From Methanobacteriota archaeon (GTDB lineage: Archaea > Thermoplasmatota > Thermoplasmata > SG8-5 > JAGLSY01), in assembly GCA_020697715.1 (NCBI GenBank), contig JAEHCO010000001.1:320001-384000 (forward strand): a stretch of DNA of 64,000 bases, given 5' to 3'. The position numbers were made by a program, and so were the translations under genes. Under the pieces are notes generated by a model, which ran no database searches, had not been told where the DNA came from, and saw only the letters and a program-made list of their open reading frames with translations. Positions 29,789 through 39,671 of the stretch are shown piece after piece. The stretch's first letter is position 1. Every line of letters starts with the position of its first letter.

Positions 29789-32700
29789 TTGAATCAAAAG
29801 AAAAATATATCGATATTATTAGTGAGTTTATTGATCGGAATGTCCTTTACCGGGATAACTGGTATGGTAAGGACGGTAGATGCTGCGAAGCCAGAGATAG
29901 CTAATCCGCTGTCCACGGTTCCAGGGGACTTCCCAACCATCCAGGCAGCAATAGACGCCGCCGTACCAGGTGATACGATCAATGTCCTGGCAGGAACCTA
30001 CAATGAGAATATAATCGTGAACAAGGCTGTCACCATCATCGGGAGTGGGGTAGGAATCACCACGATCACCGGCACTGGCGTGGGGGATGTCGTTCACATA
30101 ACCGCGGACGGGGTTAACATGAATGGGTTCACGGTCACCAACGGCGGCGCAAATGCAGCCGACGCAGGGATAAAACTGGATGGTGCTCAGAACTGCGACA
30201 TCAGCTACAACAGCGTCACCAGCAGTTATCACGGTATATATATCATATATTCCAATAATACCAACATAATTGGCAATGATATATTTGGCAACAACGGATA
30301 CGGTATTTATTCGTCTGGGTCGAGTGGGTATGATATCTCGCAGAACACGATAACGACCAGCAACTATGGAATATACTCGATTATCAGCGAAACGTCTCTC
30401 ACTACTGATTACACTGTCTTGGATATGAACATAAACTATAATGAGATAAATGTTCTGGTCAATACATACGCGGTGTATATGACGGGCGAACTCGATTATG
30501 ATAATGTCGGGTTCTATGATGTACTGATCGGAGACATCTCGGTATCTAACAACACCGTCTTCCAGAATGGAACCACTGGCAATGGTATTTACGTCTATGC
30601 TATTAATGTGGAGAATTTTGACGGGGGCAGCATCACCGTTGGTGATGTCTCTATTTCTGATAACCAGGTGTATGGCGGCAGATATGGTGTGCACTTCGCC
30701 GGCGATTTCGACTATCTAACCGATGTGGCATTGAATGTCGGTGATGTCATAATCAATGACAATGTCCTGCTAGGCCAGTCATCATCTGGAATTCAGATGT
30801 ACTACTATGAGTCTTACTCTTGGTATGCGGATACGGTTGGCACATACGGTGACCTGATAATAAACAGGAACAATATCACTTCCACTGCCGGTTGGGCGGG
30901 TATTTCTATGTATTGGGGAGAATCCTCTTCTTTCTATGATAGAGCAGAGTCCAATTTTGGAAATCTCTATGTCGAATCAAATGCCATTGACGTTCCTGGT
31001 CGTGCGATCTATTTGGACTATTATGATTACTACAACCTTTTTGATGATTCAAGCGTAACATTTGGTGAGACGCATATTCGGAACAACACAGTATATCGGT
31101 CGGATGTTGGCATCACAGTGTATTGGGAGTATTTTTCGGATCTTTACCAGGATGCCGCAATCACCATCGGCAAAATGTACGTGATGGATAATTATGTAAA
31201 TTCCTCTAGCCAGATATTGGAGTTCGAGTTCTATGACACACCCTATGATGTCTATGGTTTTTCTTCCATTTTCATTGATGACATTTTTGTAGAAAGGAAC
31301 GAATTTATCTCCGACAGCACGGCGATATCGATCGAATATGATTATGTTGGAGAATATATGTATGAATTTTCCAGTGCGCGACTACCGGATATCACGATAA
31401 GGGATAATGATATTACCTCGACATGGGAAGGAATAGAAGTGTATATGGATAGCCCTCCCTATGACATAGAAGGGGATGCTTACATCTATCTGGGCGGCAT
31501 GCTCATAGATAACAATATATTCAATTGTGGCGGCTCTGGCATTTATTTCGATATCTACGGCGTATGCTATGATAACTATGATCAAAGCGTGACGGTGTTA
31601 GGCGATCACACGATAACCAACAACGTCATGAATGTTGGTTATGAAGCTATCATATTATATTATGACTATCTGGGTGACTATCTCTCTGATGATTCAGAAC
31701 TCATTGTGGGCAACCTCACCATAGCTGACAATGTGATATTCGAATGCTCCTCTGGGATATATGTGAATTATTATGATATATATTCTTCAGATACCTCTTC
31801 AGTCATTGTGGGTGACCTGGATATAACCGGCAACACCATCTATAATTGCACCTCGAATGCCATATCTGTACACCAAAGCCAGGAGGTGTATGGTAGTTCG
31901 ACACAGACCATAGGCAGAGTTCTCATCCAGGATAACGCCCTCTACAATGGCAACGGCTATGGAATATACATGATGACAGATTATGACATTAATAGCCCAA
32001 CCGCTTCCTCCACCATAGGTGACCCGATAATATCCAAGAATATCATTGATGGTTTCAGCGATGGCATATATCTTGAAGCCCTTGAGAATTGCACAGTATA
32101 CGCCAACAGGATATCGAATTTCGATGGCACTGGCCTGAACCTTATAGATTCCTATAACAGCCTCATTTATTACAATAGTTTCCTCGGGACTGGTATTTGT
32201 GCCTATGATACCACAGGCGCCAATATTTGGAATGAATCTTATCCTATGGGCGGTAACTACTATTATGACTACACTGGTGTTGATATCTTCTCTGGTCCAG
32301 ATCAAGATATTCTTAACCATGACGAGATAGGGGACACACCATACATGGCCATTGCTGGAGGCATGGGAGCCATAGACAACTATCCGATAGCTGTCCACAG
32401 TGTCATGATAACAAGCCACGTTGATGGAGATCTCATATCAGGAAATGAATTGATCGAAGCTGCAGCAACTGGAGCGGATGTAATAGGCGTCAGTTTCTAT
32501 GTTGACGGGACTATCATGGCCCATGATCCTACGAACGATTACCAGTTCATTCTGGACACCTTGCCATTGGCAGAGGATGTGCCTATTGTGATAATGGCAG
32601 AAGCCATGCTATCATCAGGAATCAACATCACCACCGAAGTTACATTGATACCAAATAACATGGTGAATGCTGGAAATTATATCAGTGCCAGCACTCCGGA

Positions 32701-34375
32701 GCCTGAATATTCTCCGGATGAAGATGTTGCTGTATTGATAGATATCATCAATGCACCACCGATGTTTGACAATCTTGACCTTGTGGTGAGCTATGCCGAG
32801 CCGGGAGGATACACACAGTACGCGAGTGCTATCGCTCTCCCATACAATACCCAGTATCAGATAACTCTCGCTTTGCCAAGTGATGCAGCCCTTGGAACCT
32901 ACGATGTCACAGCAGAAGCCTATGGATATGTGGGTCAGATGATTGTCTGGACGGCCAATGATTCGATCCAATTCGATGTCATGGGACAAAGTGTGCAGGA
33001 ATGGTTGGATGATCTGAACATCACGGTAACGGATACCAATGAAACTGTGACCGATATGAACAACACATTGTTGGACATCGTCGACGATATAGCGGGTATG
33101 AATATCACTCTTGCCGATCTGAACAATGACCTATCTGGTCAACTAGATGCGGTGAACATATCCCTGCACAGCACATTGACCGATCTGGAGAACGATCTCC
33201 TGTCAGAGCTTGCGGGTGTGAATGACACTCTCGCTCTCGATATCCAGAATTTATTGACGAGTGTTACCAATGATATTGCTGGAATGAACTTGACAGTAGG
33301 AGATCAGCTGGCAATACTGGAAGGCAATATATCAGGCAATATATCTGATCTCAATGATTGGCTGGACACCGTATTGACGGCTATGGATGCCAATCTGACA
33401 CAAACAAATAACTCGCTCCATCAGCACATGGCGGATCTGGAGACCATGACCACGGATTTCTATGACAATCTCACAGCCGATCTTGTAGATGTGACAAACC
33501 AGCTGACCAATCTGGAGAATGATCTAACAGCCCAGCATGATGCGCTCAACGATACCATCGGTGTATTGTCCATCGCTGTGGATGATCAGCACAACTTGAC
33601 AAGATCCGAGATACTGGATGCTGTGAATAATAGCTATACCTTGTTGGACAGCCTGGACAATAACATGACCACGCACGATACCGATATCCAGGCATTGTTA
33701 GCCGCACTGGACGCTCTTGTACAAAATGAGGGGACTATGACCAGGGATCAATTGATCGTGAACACCGCCCAGATACTCGCGGACATTTCAGCGCTTGACC
33801 AGGAGATCGTATCACATGATGACGACATTAAGGAAAATATCATCACCCTCTCCGATCTTATGGCCACGCTTGACCAGCAGAGTTTGGAAGCAACAAGCTT
33901 CATTGTGACTGAACTGGCTCAGAACCTTTCGACTCATGATGATGCCATTGGAGCGGACCTTCTGGATATGGATGGTGACATAACCACCTTCCAGGATGAT
34001 GTGGATGCCAAGCTTCTGCTAATCGACGCCACCTTGGAGGATCTGGACAAGCTGGATAGTATAATCACCGACTTGCAGGAACTAGATCTAGCATTGCAAG
34101 ATGCAGAGGCTCAGCTCTCCAGCACGATCGAACAGGAAGCTGATGAGACGAATTCGGGCATAAATGATAATAATTCGGACATCTCGACCAATCTCACCTT
34201 CCTCCTCATAGTCCTGATAGCCAGTATACTATTCTTCCTTCTCAGCGCCATGTCATTGAACAAGACCAAGAAGGAATTGATCTCCAGTATACATGACAAG
34301 CCAAGCAGGGATGAGTTCGAGCATGCGGATATGCCGGAAACATCATCCGAAGAGGAGACACTATCCGAAGAGTGA
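29789..34375 (+). CDS. large cell-surface protein: right-handed beta-helix (NosD-like), Ig-like domains, long coiled-coil stalk, C-terminal TM
   Basis: Signal peptide, VPGDFPTIQAAID, Asn-ladder repeats, GGNYY...DxIGDTPY, ~400 aa of heptad pattern, TM near the C-terminus. Confidence 0.85.
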   Translation: MNQKKNISILLVSLLIGMSFTGITGMVRTVDAAKPEIANPLSTVPGDFPTIQAAIDAAVPGDTINVLAGTYNENIIVNKAVTIIGSGVGITTITGTGVGDVVHITADGVNMNGFTVTNGGANAADAGIKLDGAQNCDISYNSVTSSYHGIYIIYSNNTNIIGNDIFGNNGYGIYSSGSSGYDISQNTITTSNYGIYSIISETSLTTDYTVLDMNINYNEINVLVNTYAVYMTGELDYDNVGFYDVLIGDISVSNNTVFQNGTTGNGIYVYAINVENFDGGSITVGDVSISDNQVYGGRYGVHFAGDFDYLTDVALNVGDVIINDNVLLGQSSSGIQMYYYESYSWYADTVGTYGDLIINRNNITSTAGWAGISMYWGESSSFYDRAESNFGNLYVESNAIDVPGRAIYLDYYDYYNLFDDSSVTFGETHIRNNTVYRSDVGITVYWEYFSDLYQDAAITIGKMYVMDNYVNSSSQILEFEFYDTPYDVYGFSSIFIDDIFVERNEFISDSTAISIEYDYVGEYMYEFSSARLPDITIRDNDITSTWEGIEVYMDSPPYDIEGDAYIYLGGMLIDNNIFNCGGSGIYFDIYGVCYDNYDQSVTVLGDHTITNNVMNVGYEAIILYYDYLGDYLSDDSELIVGNLTIADNVIFECSSGIYVNYYDIYSSDTSSVIVGDLDITGNTIYNCTSNAISVHQSQEVYGSSTQTIGRVLIQDNALYNGNGYGIYMMTDYDINSPTASSTIGDPIISKNIIDGFSDGIYLEALENCTVYANRISNFDGTGLNLIDSYNSLIYYNSFLGTGICAYDTTGANIWNESYPMGGNYYYDYTGVDIFSGPDQDILNHDEIGDTPYMAIAGGMGAIDNYPIAVHSVMITSHVDGDLISGNELIEAAATGADVIGVSFYVDGTIMAHDPTNDYQFILDTLPLAEDVPIVIMAEAMLSSGINITTEVTLIPNNMVNAGNYISASTPEPEYSPDEDVAVLIDIINAPPMFDNLDLVVSYAEPGGYTQYASAIALPYNTQYQITLALPSDAALGTYDVTAEAYGYVGQMIVWTANDSIQFDVMGQSVQEWLDDLNITVTDTNETVTDMNNTLLDIVDDIAGMNITLADLNNDLSGQLDAVNISLHSTLTDLENDLLSELAGVNDTLALDIQNLLTSVTNDIAGMNLTVGDQLAILEGNISGNISDLNDWLDTVLTAMDANLTQTNNSLHQHMADLETMTTDFYDNLTADLVDVTNQLTNLENDLTAQHDALNDTIGVLSIAVDDQHNLTRSEILDAVNNSYTLLDSLDNNMTTHDTDIQALLAALDALVQNEGTMTRDQLIVNTAQILADISALDQEIVSHDDDIKENIITLSDLMATLDQQSLEATSFIVTELAQNLSTHDDAIGADLLDMDGDITTFQDDVDAKLLLIDATLEDLDKLDSIITDLQELDLALQDAEAQLSSTIEQEADETNSGINDNNSDISTNLTFLLIVLIASILFFLLSAMSLNKTKKELISSIHDKPSRDEFEHADMPETSSEEETLSEE

Positions 34376-34405
34376 TGGTTGAATATTCAGTCAGGATAAT
34401 GGATC

Positions 34406-34433
34406 GCCCCAAGTCAAATACTGAGCTTGGGGC
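34406..34433 (+). terminator. hairpin downstream of the surface-protein gene
   Basis: gccccaag...cttggggc inverted repeat. Confidence 0.5.
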
Positions 34434-34550
34434 ACTCTCATTAACACATAGGCTCTAGCATATGATATAGACCATAGTCTGGTCACCATCTCCAACTTTC
34501 ATCTTCATTCTTGGAGGTAATAAGAACTTATAAATACTTCATCCGCCATA

Positions 34551-34570
34551 ATGTAAGTAAGCACTTGCAT
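34551..34570. promoter_or_regulatory. probable TetR operator (imperfect palindrome) downstream of a TATA box
   Basis: ATGTAAGT-aagc-ACTTGCAT, 7/8 symmetric, ~23 nt after TTATAAATA at 34528 and just upstream of tetR. Confidence 0.65.
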
Positions 34571-34583
34571 GCATGGTGAGAAT

Positions 34584-35180
34584 ATGGGTGGAAAAAACAC
34601 AAAGATCAGGATACTGGATGCCGCATTGGAGCTTATCTCCAAGGATGGGTTAAAGGCCACGACGACAAAGGCAATTGCGGAAAAGGCCAGCGTGAATGAA
34701 GTTACACTTTTCAGGCATTTCGAGTCCAAGGAGAAATTATTCCTGGCAGTTATCGATCGTGAGGCGATGGTCAGGTTCGAGATAATTCAACATGATATCG
34801 AACCATCAGGGGATCTTGTGGAGGAACTGACAATGATAGGTAATTTCATGTCCAAGGCAATGGTGGGAAAGGCCAATTTCTTCAAACTAATGGTGATGGA
34901 AGTTAATAGATACCCAGAGATATTCGATCATATTGGGACAGTGCCAATGGCGGCGATCGATATGTTGAAAAAATACTTCGATAAGGCCAAGGAAATGGGC
35001 ATTGTGCGAAAGGATGTGCATTCCGAAATAATGGCCATTACCTATTTTAGCTATCTATTCAGAATTCTAGTTACCACCGCCTTCCTGGGTGATGATATAT
35101 TTATGAAAAATAGAACAGGTGATGGAATGAGACAATTTGCAGAGATCTTTGTAAACGGCGTGGCAAGTAGGGGTGATTGA
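34584..35180 (+). CDS. TetR/AcrR family transcriptional regulator
   Basis: ILDAA...TTKAIAEKASVNEVTLFRHFESKEKL; start after GGTGAG RBS. Confidence 0.92.
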   Translation: MGGKNTKIRILDAALELISKDGLKATTTKAIAEKASVNEVTLFRHFESKEKLFLAVIDREAMVRFEIIQHDIEPSGDLVEELTMIGNFMSKAMVGKANFFKLMVMEVNRYPEIFDHIGTVPMAAIDMLKKYFDKAKEMGIVRKDVHSEIMAITYFSYLFRILVTTAFLGDDIFMKNRTGDGMRQFAEIFVNGVASRGD

Positions 35181-35181
35181 G

Positions 35182-35937
35182 ATGTTAGCAGTTAAGACAG
35201 ATAAATTGACAAAGAACTATGGTGATTTCAAGGCCCTGGATGAACTGGAACTCCAGGTGATCAAGGGCGAGATATATGGACTACTTGGTCCGAATGGAGC
35301 TGGTAAGACCACGGCTATCAAGGTTCTTGTTGGCTTACTGAAAAAAACCTCGGGCACAGCCCAGGTCCTTGACATCGAGATCCCAAACAAGCAGATAGCC
35401 AGTGATATTGGTTTCATGCCACAGGAGACCGCGATGTACATCGGCCTCACGGTCCATCAGAACATGGAATTTTTCGGAAAGCTCTTTGGCATGACGAAAG
35501 AACAAATAGCCATCAAGGAAGCGGAATTACTGAAATTCGTTGATCTGGAGGATTGGAAGGACGAGCTCGTGCAGAACCTCAGTGGTGGTATGAAACATCG
35601 TGTTAGTCTAGCATGTACTTTGATACACGAGCCTGATATTCTATTTCTTGATGAGCCAACAGTTGGTGTTGACCCTAAACTGAGAGCCAATTTCTGGAAG
35701 TATTTCAATAAGCTGAAGGAGAATGGAACGACCGTCATCATCACCACCCATTACATGGACGAGGCCAGGAACTGCGACAGGGTGGGTTTCATGCGCCAGG
35801 GGAAGCTCATTGCCGAAGGCATACCGAATGAGATAATGAAAGACACTGGCACGGATAATTTGGAGGACGCTTTTCTTCATTATGCGACCATCGGGGAGGC
35901 CTCCGACGGTCCCACGCCCGATGGAGGTGGGGAATAA
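35182..35937 (+). CDS. ABC-2 type exporter ATP-binding subunit
   Basis: GPNGAGKT, LSGGM, LDEPT, TTH. Confidence 0.95.
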   Translation: MLAVKTDKLTKNYGDFKALDELELQVIKGEIYGLLGPNGAGKTTAIKVLVGLLKKTSGTAQVLDIEIPNKQIASDIGFMPQETAMYIGLTVHQNMEFFGKLFGMTKEQIAIKEAELLKFVDLEDWKDELVQNLSGGMKHRVSLACTLIHEPDILFLDEPTVGVDPKLRANFWKYFNKLKENGTTVIITTHYMDEARNCDRVGFMRQGKLIAEGIPNEIMKDTGTDNLEDAFLHYATIGEASDGPTPDGGGE

Positions 35938-37070
35938 TGGATCTGGGAAGAATACTGGCCGTCAGTAAAAGAGTGTTCATCGACCTGAAGAATGACAAAC
36001 GTAGCCTTGCCTTGATAATCATAGCTCCTCTTTTCTCAATGGCAGTTTTTGGTCTAGCCTTCAGCGGAGAGGTGGAGAATATAGGTGTTATTATTGTGAA
36101 TCATGATACTGGCATGGACATTCCCATTGTAGGAGATGTTGATTTTGCAGATCAGGTGATAGATAATATAGATCATGACACGTTAGATATTCAGGAAAGC
36201 GATGATCTGGTCACGGCAATTGAAAGTCTTGAGGCGGGAGATGCCTGGGCCGTCATATATTTCTCTGAGAATTATACGGCAAACACGATGGCCAGTATAA
36301 TTCCATTCACTAATGCCAGCTCGGAGATCGAGCTGTATATTGATATGAGTAATGTGAACTTGGCAGAAGCGATAATCATAGAGGTCAATTCCGCCCTCAT
36401 GGCAACCATGGAAGAGAATGGCGGAAGCTTGCCAGTCACTGTGGAAAGGACCGAGGTATACGGTCAGAATGCGGAGTTCATGGACTTCTTCGTTCCCGGG
36501 ATAGTGAGCTTCGCTGTCTATCTATTCACCACTCTCCTCACACTCATGGCCTTCATCGGCGAGCGGGTGAGTGGCACATTATCACGAGTACTGGCCACAC
36601 CACTTAGAGAATCAGAGATCGTATCAGGTTACGCGCTGACCTTCAGCATTGTGGGAACTCTCCAATCGATATTCATGATAGTCGTGGGAATTCTGGCATT
36701 CGATGTCATGATCGAAGGAAACATACTCCTGGTCTTCATGGTCGTCGCCCTGTTGGCCATAGTGTGCCAGGCCCTGGGGATCCTCCTCTCATCATTTGCT
36801 CAAAGAGAGGCACAGGCTGCACAGTTCCTTCCATTGATCGTCATGCCAGCCTTCCTCCTTTCGGGGGTCTTTTGGCCATTGGAAGCAATACCTGCCTGGC
36901 TCAGGCCAGCCAGCTTTTTAGTCCCTCCTTCATACTCGATAACGGCCGCAAGGTCCGTCATGATAAGAGGTTGGGGACTGGACATGATATGGATGGACAT
37001 GGTGGCATTGGTGATATTCGCAATGGTCCTGTTGACACTGGCTGTTATATCTCTGAAGAAAAAGGGTTGA
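35937..37070 (+). CDS. ABC-2 type exporter permease
   Basis: ERVSGTL...TP, LSGVFWP, six TM helices with a large extracellular loop. Confidence 0.92.
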   Translation: MDLGRILAVSKRVFIDLKNDKRSLALIIIAPLFSMAVFGLAFSGEVENIGVIIVNHDTGMDIPIVGDVDFADQVIDNIDHDTLDIQESDDLVTAIESLEAGDAWAVIYFSENYTANTMASIIPFTNASSEIELYIDMSNVNLAEAIIIEVNSALMATMEENGGSLPVTVERTEVYGQNAEFMDFFVPGIVSFAVYLFTTLLTLMAFIGERVSGTLSRVLATPLRESEIVSGYALTFSIVGTLQSIFMIVVGILAFDVMIEGNILLVFMVVALLAIVCQALGILLSSFAQREAQAAQFLPLIVMPAFLLSGVFWPLEAIPAWLRPASFLVPPSYSITAARSVMIRGWGLDMIWMDMVALVIFAMVLLTLAVISLKKKG

Positions 37071-37159
37071 CATGATGCAGCTTGCGATGATCGGAACCAT
37101 GGGAAAGCCGAAACAAAGTTAATATACTCAATCAAGCTTAACTTCATTAGAATAGGGGA

Positions 37160-37702
37160 TTGAAAATGACGGATCTCAGACAGAAAGTTGAAGATGACAG
37201 AGGATTATTGAAGAAGATACAACTGGTAATTCCAGGTTTCAAGGGCTACAGGGAGAAAGAAGACCTGCGGATAGCGGATCGTCTCCTCAGGGAGCAATTG
37301 GCTGATAAGCTGGGGCATGCGGTGAAAGACCTGGAAGCATCCCGAGACAATCTTGTCTCCAGCAATGAGGTCGAATGCCTGGATGACATCGGGAAGCTGA
37401 TAAACCTCACATCGGCCGCCATGAACAAGATAAGGCACGCGGAGCAGGGCTACACAGGCATATCCCCGGACTATCGCATACAGCAGGGCCAGCTTTACAA
37501 TATGTACGATTGGGATCTTAGCCTCATTTACAATATCGACAATGTCAAAGGTGCATCAGAGAAATTGAAAAGTGCCACATCATCCAGTAATAAGGATGAT
37601 GCGTGCAAAGGTATCGATATTGCGAAGGAAGCCCTGAACAAGTTCGAAGAGCTCTTTGAAAAGAGACGGGAAGCGATTGCGGGATTGCTTGCAGTGGAAT
37701 GA
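37160..37702 (+). CDS. conserved alpha-helical hypothetical protein, first gene of the SPFH operon
   Basis: IPGFKGYREKEDLRIAD motif, helical pattern, operon position. Confidence 0.7.
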   Translation: MKMTDLRQKVEDDRGLLKKIQLVIPGFKGYREKEDLRIADRLLREQLADKLGHAVKDLEASRDNLVSSNEVECLDDIGKLINLTSAAMNKIRHAEQGYTGISPDYRIQQGQLYNMYDWDLSLIYNIDNVKGASEKLKSATSSSNKDDACKGIDIAKEALNKFEELFEKRREAIAGLLAVE

Positions 37703-37721
37703 AATGGAGAGGTGATGAAAC

Positions 37722-38876
37722 ATGGGAATATTTAACAGAGGTAAAAGTTCAAAAGGCGATGTGGCCAGGAACACATACACATGGCCAGTGGAATACAAAG
37801 GTGAGAATATCCTTTACAAGATACCCACGAATATCTATTACAATGATAATATCGTGGTAAATGAGGATGAGTTCGCGGTCTTCTTCAGAGATGGAAAGGC
37901 AATGCATGTCTTCGACCAGCCAGGAAGGTTCGCACTCACGACCCAGAACCTGCCGATCCTCACATCATTGGGCTCGGCGATCACCGGCGTGAAGCAGCTG
38001 GGGGAGGTTTATTATCTCCAGAGAAGGGAATTCCGTGGCAAATTTGGCACAGCCGAGCCATTGGTCTTCAAGGATCAGGATTTCGGCATGGTGAGAATAA
38101 GGGTGTTTGGAAATTTCGCATACAAGGTGACAGACCCAATACAATTCATAACACAATTCATCGGAACACGAGGATACAGTTCCAGCCAGCAAGTTATCGA
38201 ATGGCTGAAGACCGAACTGATCCAGACCGTGAATGACGCCCTCGGCGAGCTGAAGAAGGACAAGAACATGGCATTGGTCGAGATGCCAGCCTATCTTCAG
38301 GAGATCGAGCAATTGGTTATCAGCAAGGTATCTGGAGAGGTATCACAATATGGTTTGAAGATCATGAACCTGGCTGGCTTGACGATCACACCTCCAAAGG
38401 AAGTGCAGGAAGCCATTGACAAGAGAGGTGCGATGGGCGCTCTGGGTGTCAATTATATGCAATATCAGACTGGAAAGGCCATTGAGGGTGTTGGAGAAGG
38501 TGCGTCCAAAGGCGGCGATAGTGGAGCCACAGCTCTGGCTGGCCTTGGCGCGGGAGCCGGTATGGGTCTTGGAATGGGAGGCGCGATGAGCCAGGGAATG
38601 CAGCAAGGATCTGAACCACAGACCGAGGTGAAGGTCAAATGTCCACATTGTGAGGCACTATTGGCCCAGGACGCGAAGTTCTGCAAGGAATGTGGCAAAG
38701 AAGTGACTCAGGCCAGCATGACCAAATGTGCGAAATGTGATGCTCAGATAGCCAGTGATGCGAAGTTCTGTAAAGAATGTGGATCCCCAACCAAGATACA
38801 ATGTCCAAAATGCGATGCCGAGCTGGCCGCGGATGCCAAGTTCTGCAAAGAATGCGGTGAGAAGATCGGCGAGTGA
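37722..38876 (+). CDS. SPFH (band 7-like) domain protein with C-terminal zinc ribbons
   Basis: AVFFRDGK...PGRF, FGT..P, Gly-rich linker, three CxxC...AKFCxECG repeats. Confidence 0.88.
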   Translation: MGIFNRGKSSKGDVARNTYTWPVEYKGENILYKIPTNIYYNDNIVVNEDEFAVFFRDGKAMHVFDQPGRFALTTQNLPILTSLGSAITGVKQLGEVYYLQRREFRGKFGTAEPLVFKDQDFGMVRIRVFGNFAYKVTDPIQFITQFIGTRGYSSSQQVIEWLKTELIQTVNDALGELKKDKNMALVEMPAYLQEIEQLVISKVSGEVSQYGLKIMNLAGLTITPPKEVQEAIDKRGAMGALGVNYMQYQTGKAIEGVGEGASKGGDSGATALAGLGAGAGMGLGMGGAMSQGMQQGSEPQTEVKVKCPHCEALLAQDAKFCKECGKEVTQASMTKCAKCDAQIASDAKFCKECGSPTKIQCPKCDAELAADAKFCKECGEKIGE

Positions 38877-39532
38877 TATTCAATTCATCCTGGGCAAGAG
38901 TTATCTATCAAAATGACCTTGAAGACAGCATGGACATAATGGCATCTGTGAAAGAATTACTTGAACGTCCAGAGATATTCCGCAGAAAGAGGCCACACAT
39001 CCCTATTCTTATCGTGTTCGTTCTTACTCTGCTATGGTTCTTGGGAGCCACTTTCTCACCATATCTTGTGGATGCTGGCACCATCAATCTTGGAGACGAT
39101 GGTGTTGTGGGGACAAGGGATTTCACCCATACAATATCTCAGATAGACAGCCCAGTTGCCAAGTTCTTCTACGATGCGGGAGATGTTAATTGCCATCAGA
39201 AGGCCAGTCGCTCTTACTTTCTGAATGATAATCAAATGCCCTTCTGCGCTCGAGATGCCGCAATATTCATGGGCCTGGCCATAGGTGTGCTGGCCATGGT
39301 GTTCATATCGATAGAATTGAATATCTTCTGGATAATCCTGGGCCTGGTCCCGATGGGCATAGATGGTACGACCCAGCTCTTATTCGATAGCTATGAGAGC
39401 ACTAATTTCATAAGATTGATAACAGGCATGATCGCAGGTATTGTGATCGGTATCGCCCTGGGATATATCATTGGCGAGTTCTCACTCATATCAAAGGAAA
39501 GGAAAATGACCAAGAATATGAAGGAAAAATAG
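38873..39532 (+). CDS. DUF2085 family membrane protein
   Basis: CHQxxxRS, QMPFCARD, PMGIDGTTQ, YESTNxIR. Confidence 0.85.
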   Translation: MIFNSSWARVIYQNDLEDSMDIMASVKELLERPEIFRRKRPHIPILIVFVLTLLWFLGATFSPYLVDAGTINLGDDGVVGTRDFTHTISQIDSPVAKFFYDAGDVNCHQKASRSYFLNDNQMPFCARDAAIFMGLAIGVLAMVFISIELNIFWIILGLVPMGIDGTTQLLFDSYESTNFIRLITGMIAGIVIGIALGYIIGEFSLISKERKMTKNMKEK

Positions 39533-39671
39533 GAGTGGGATAATATAACTGGCTCAATACAGAGGCCTAATAATACAGGATCTGGACAGTCATATATCAA
39601 AGTACCAAACAAACCCCCCAATGTATAAATATTAGTCAATCGATTTACTGGTATAGGTTACGAGGATTGGT

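Noticed and set aside
29828-30694. Long antisense ORFs (this one, 47287..47997, 53278..53925, 61443..62129, 62181..62843 and others)
   Set aside because: Shadows of well-supported genes on the opposite strand, with no motifs or RBS
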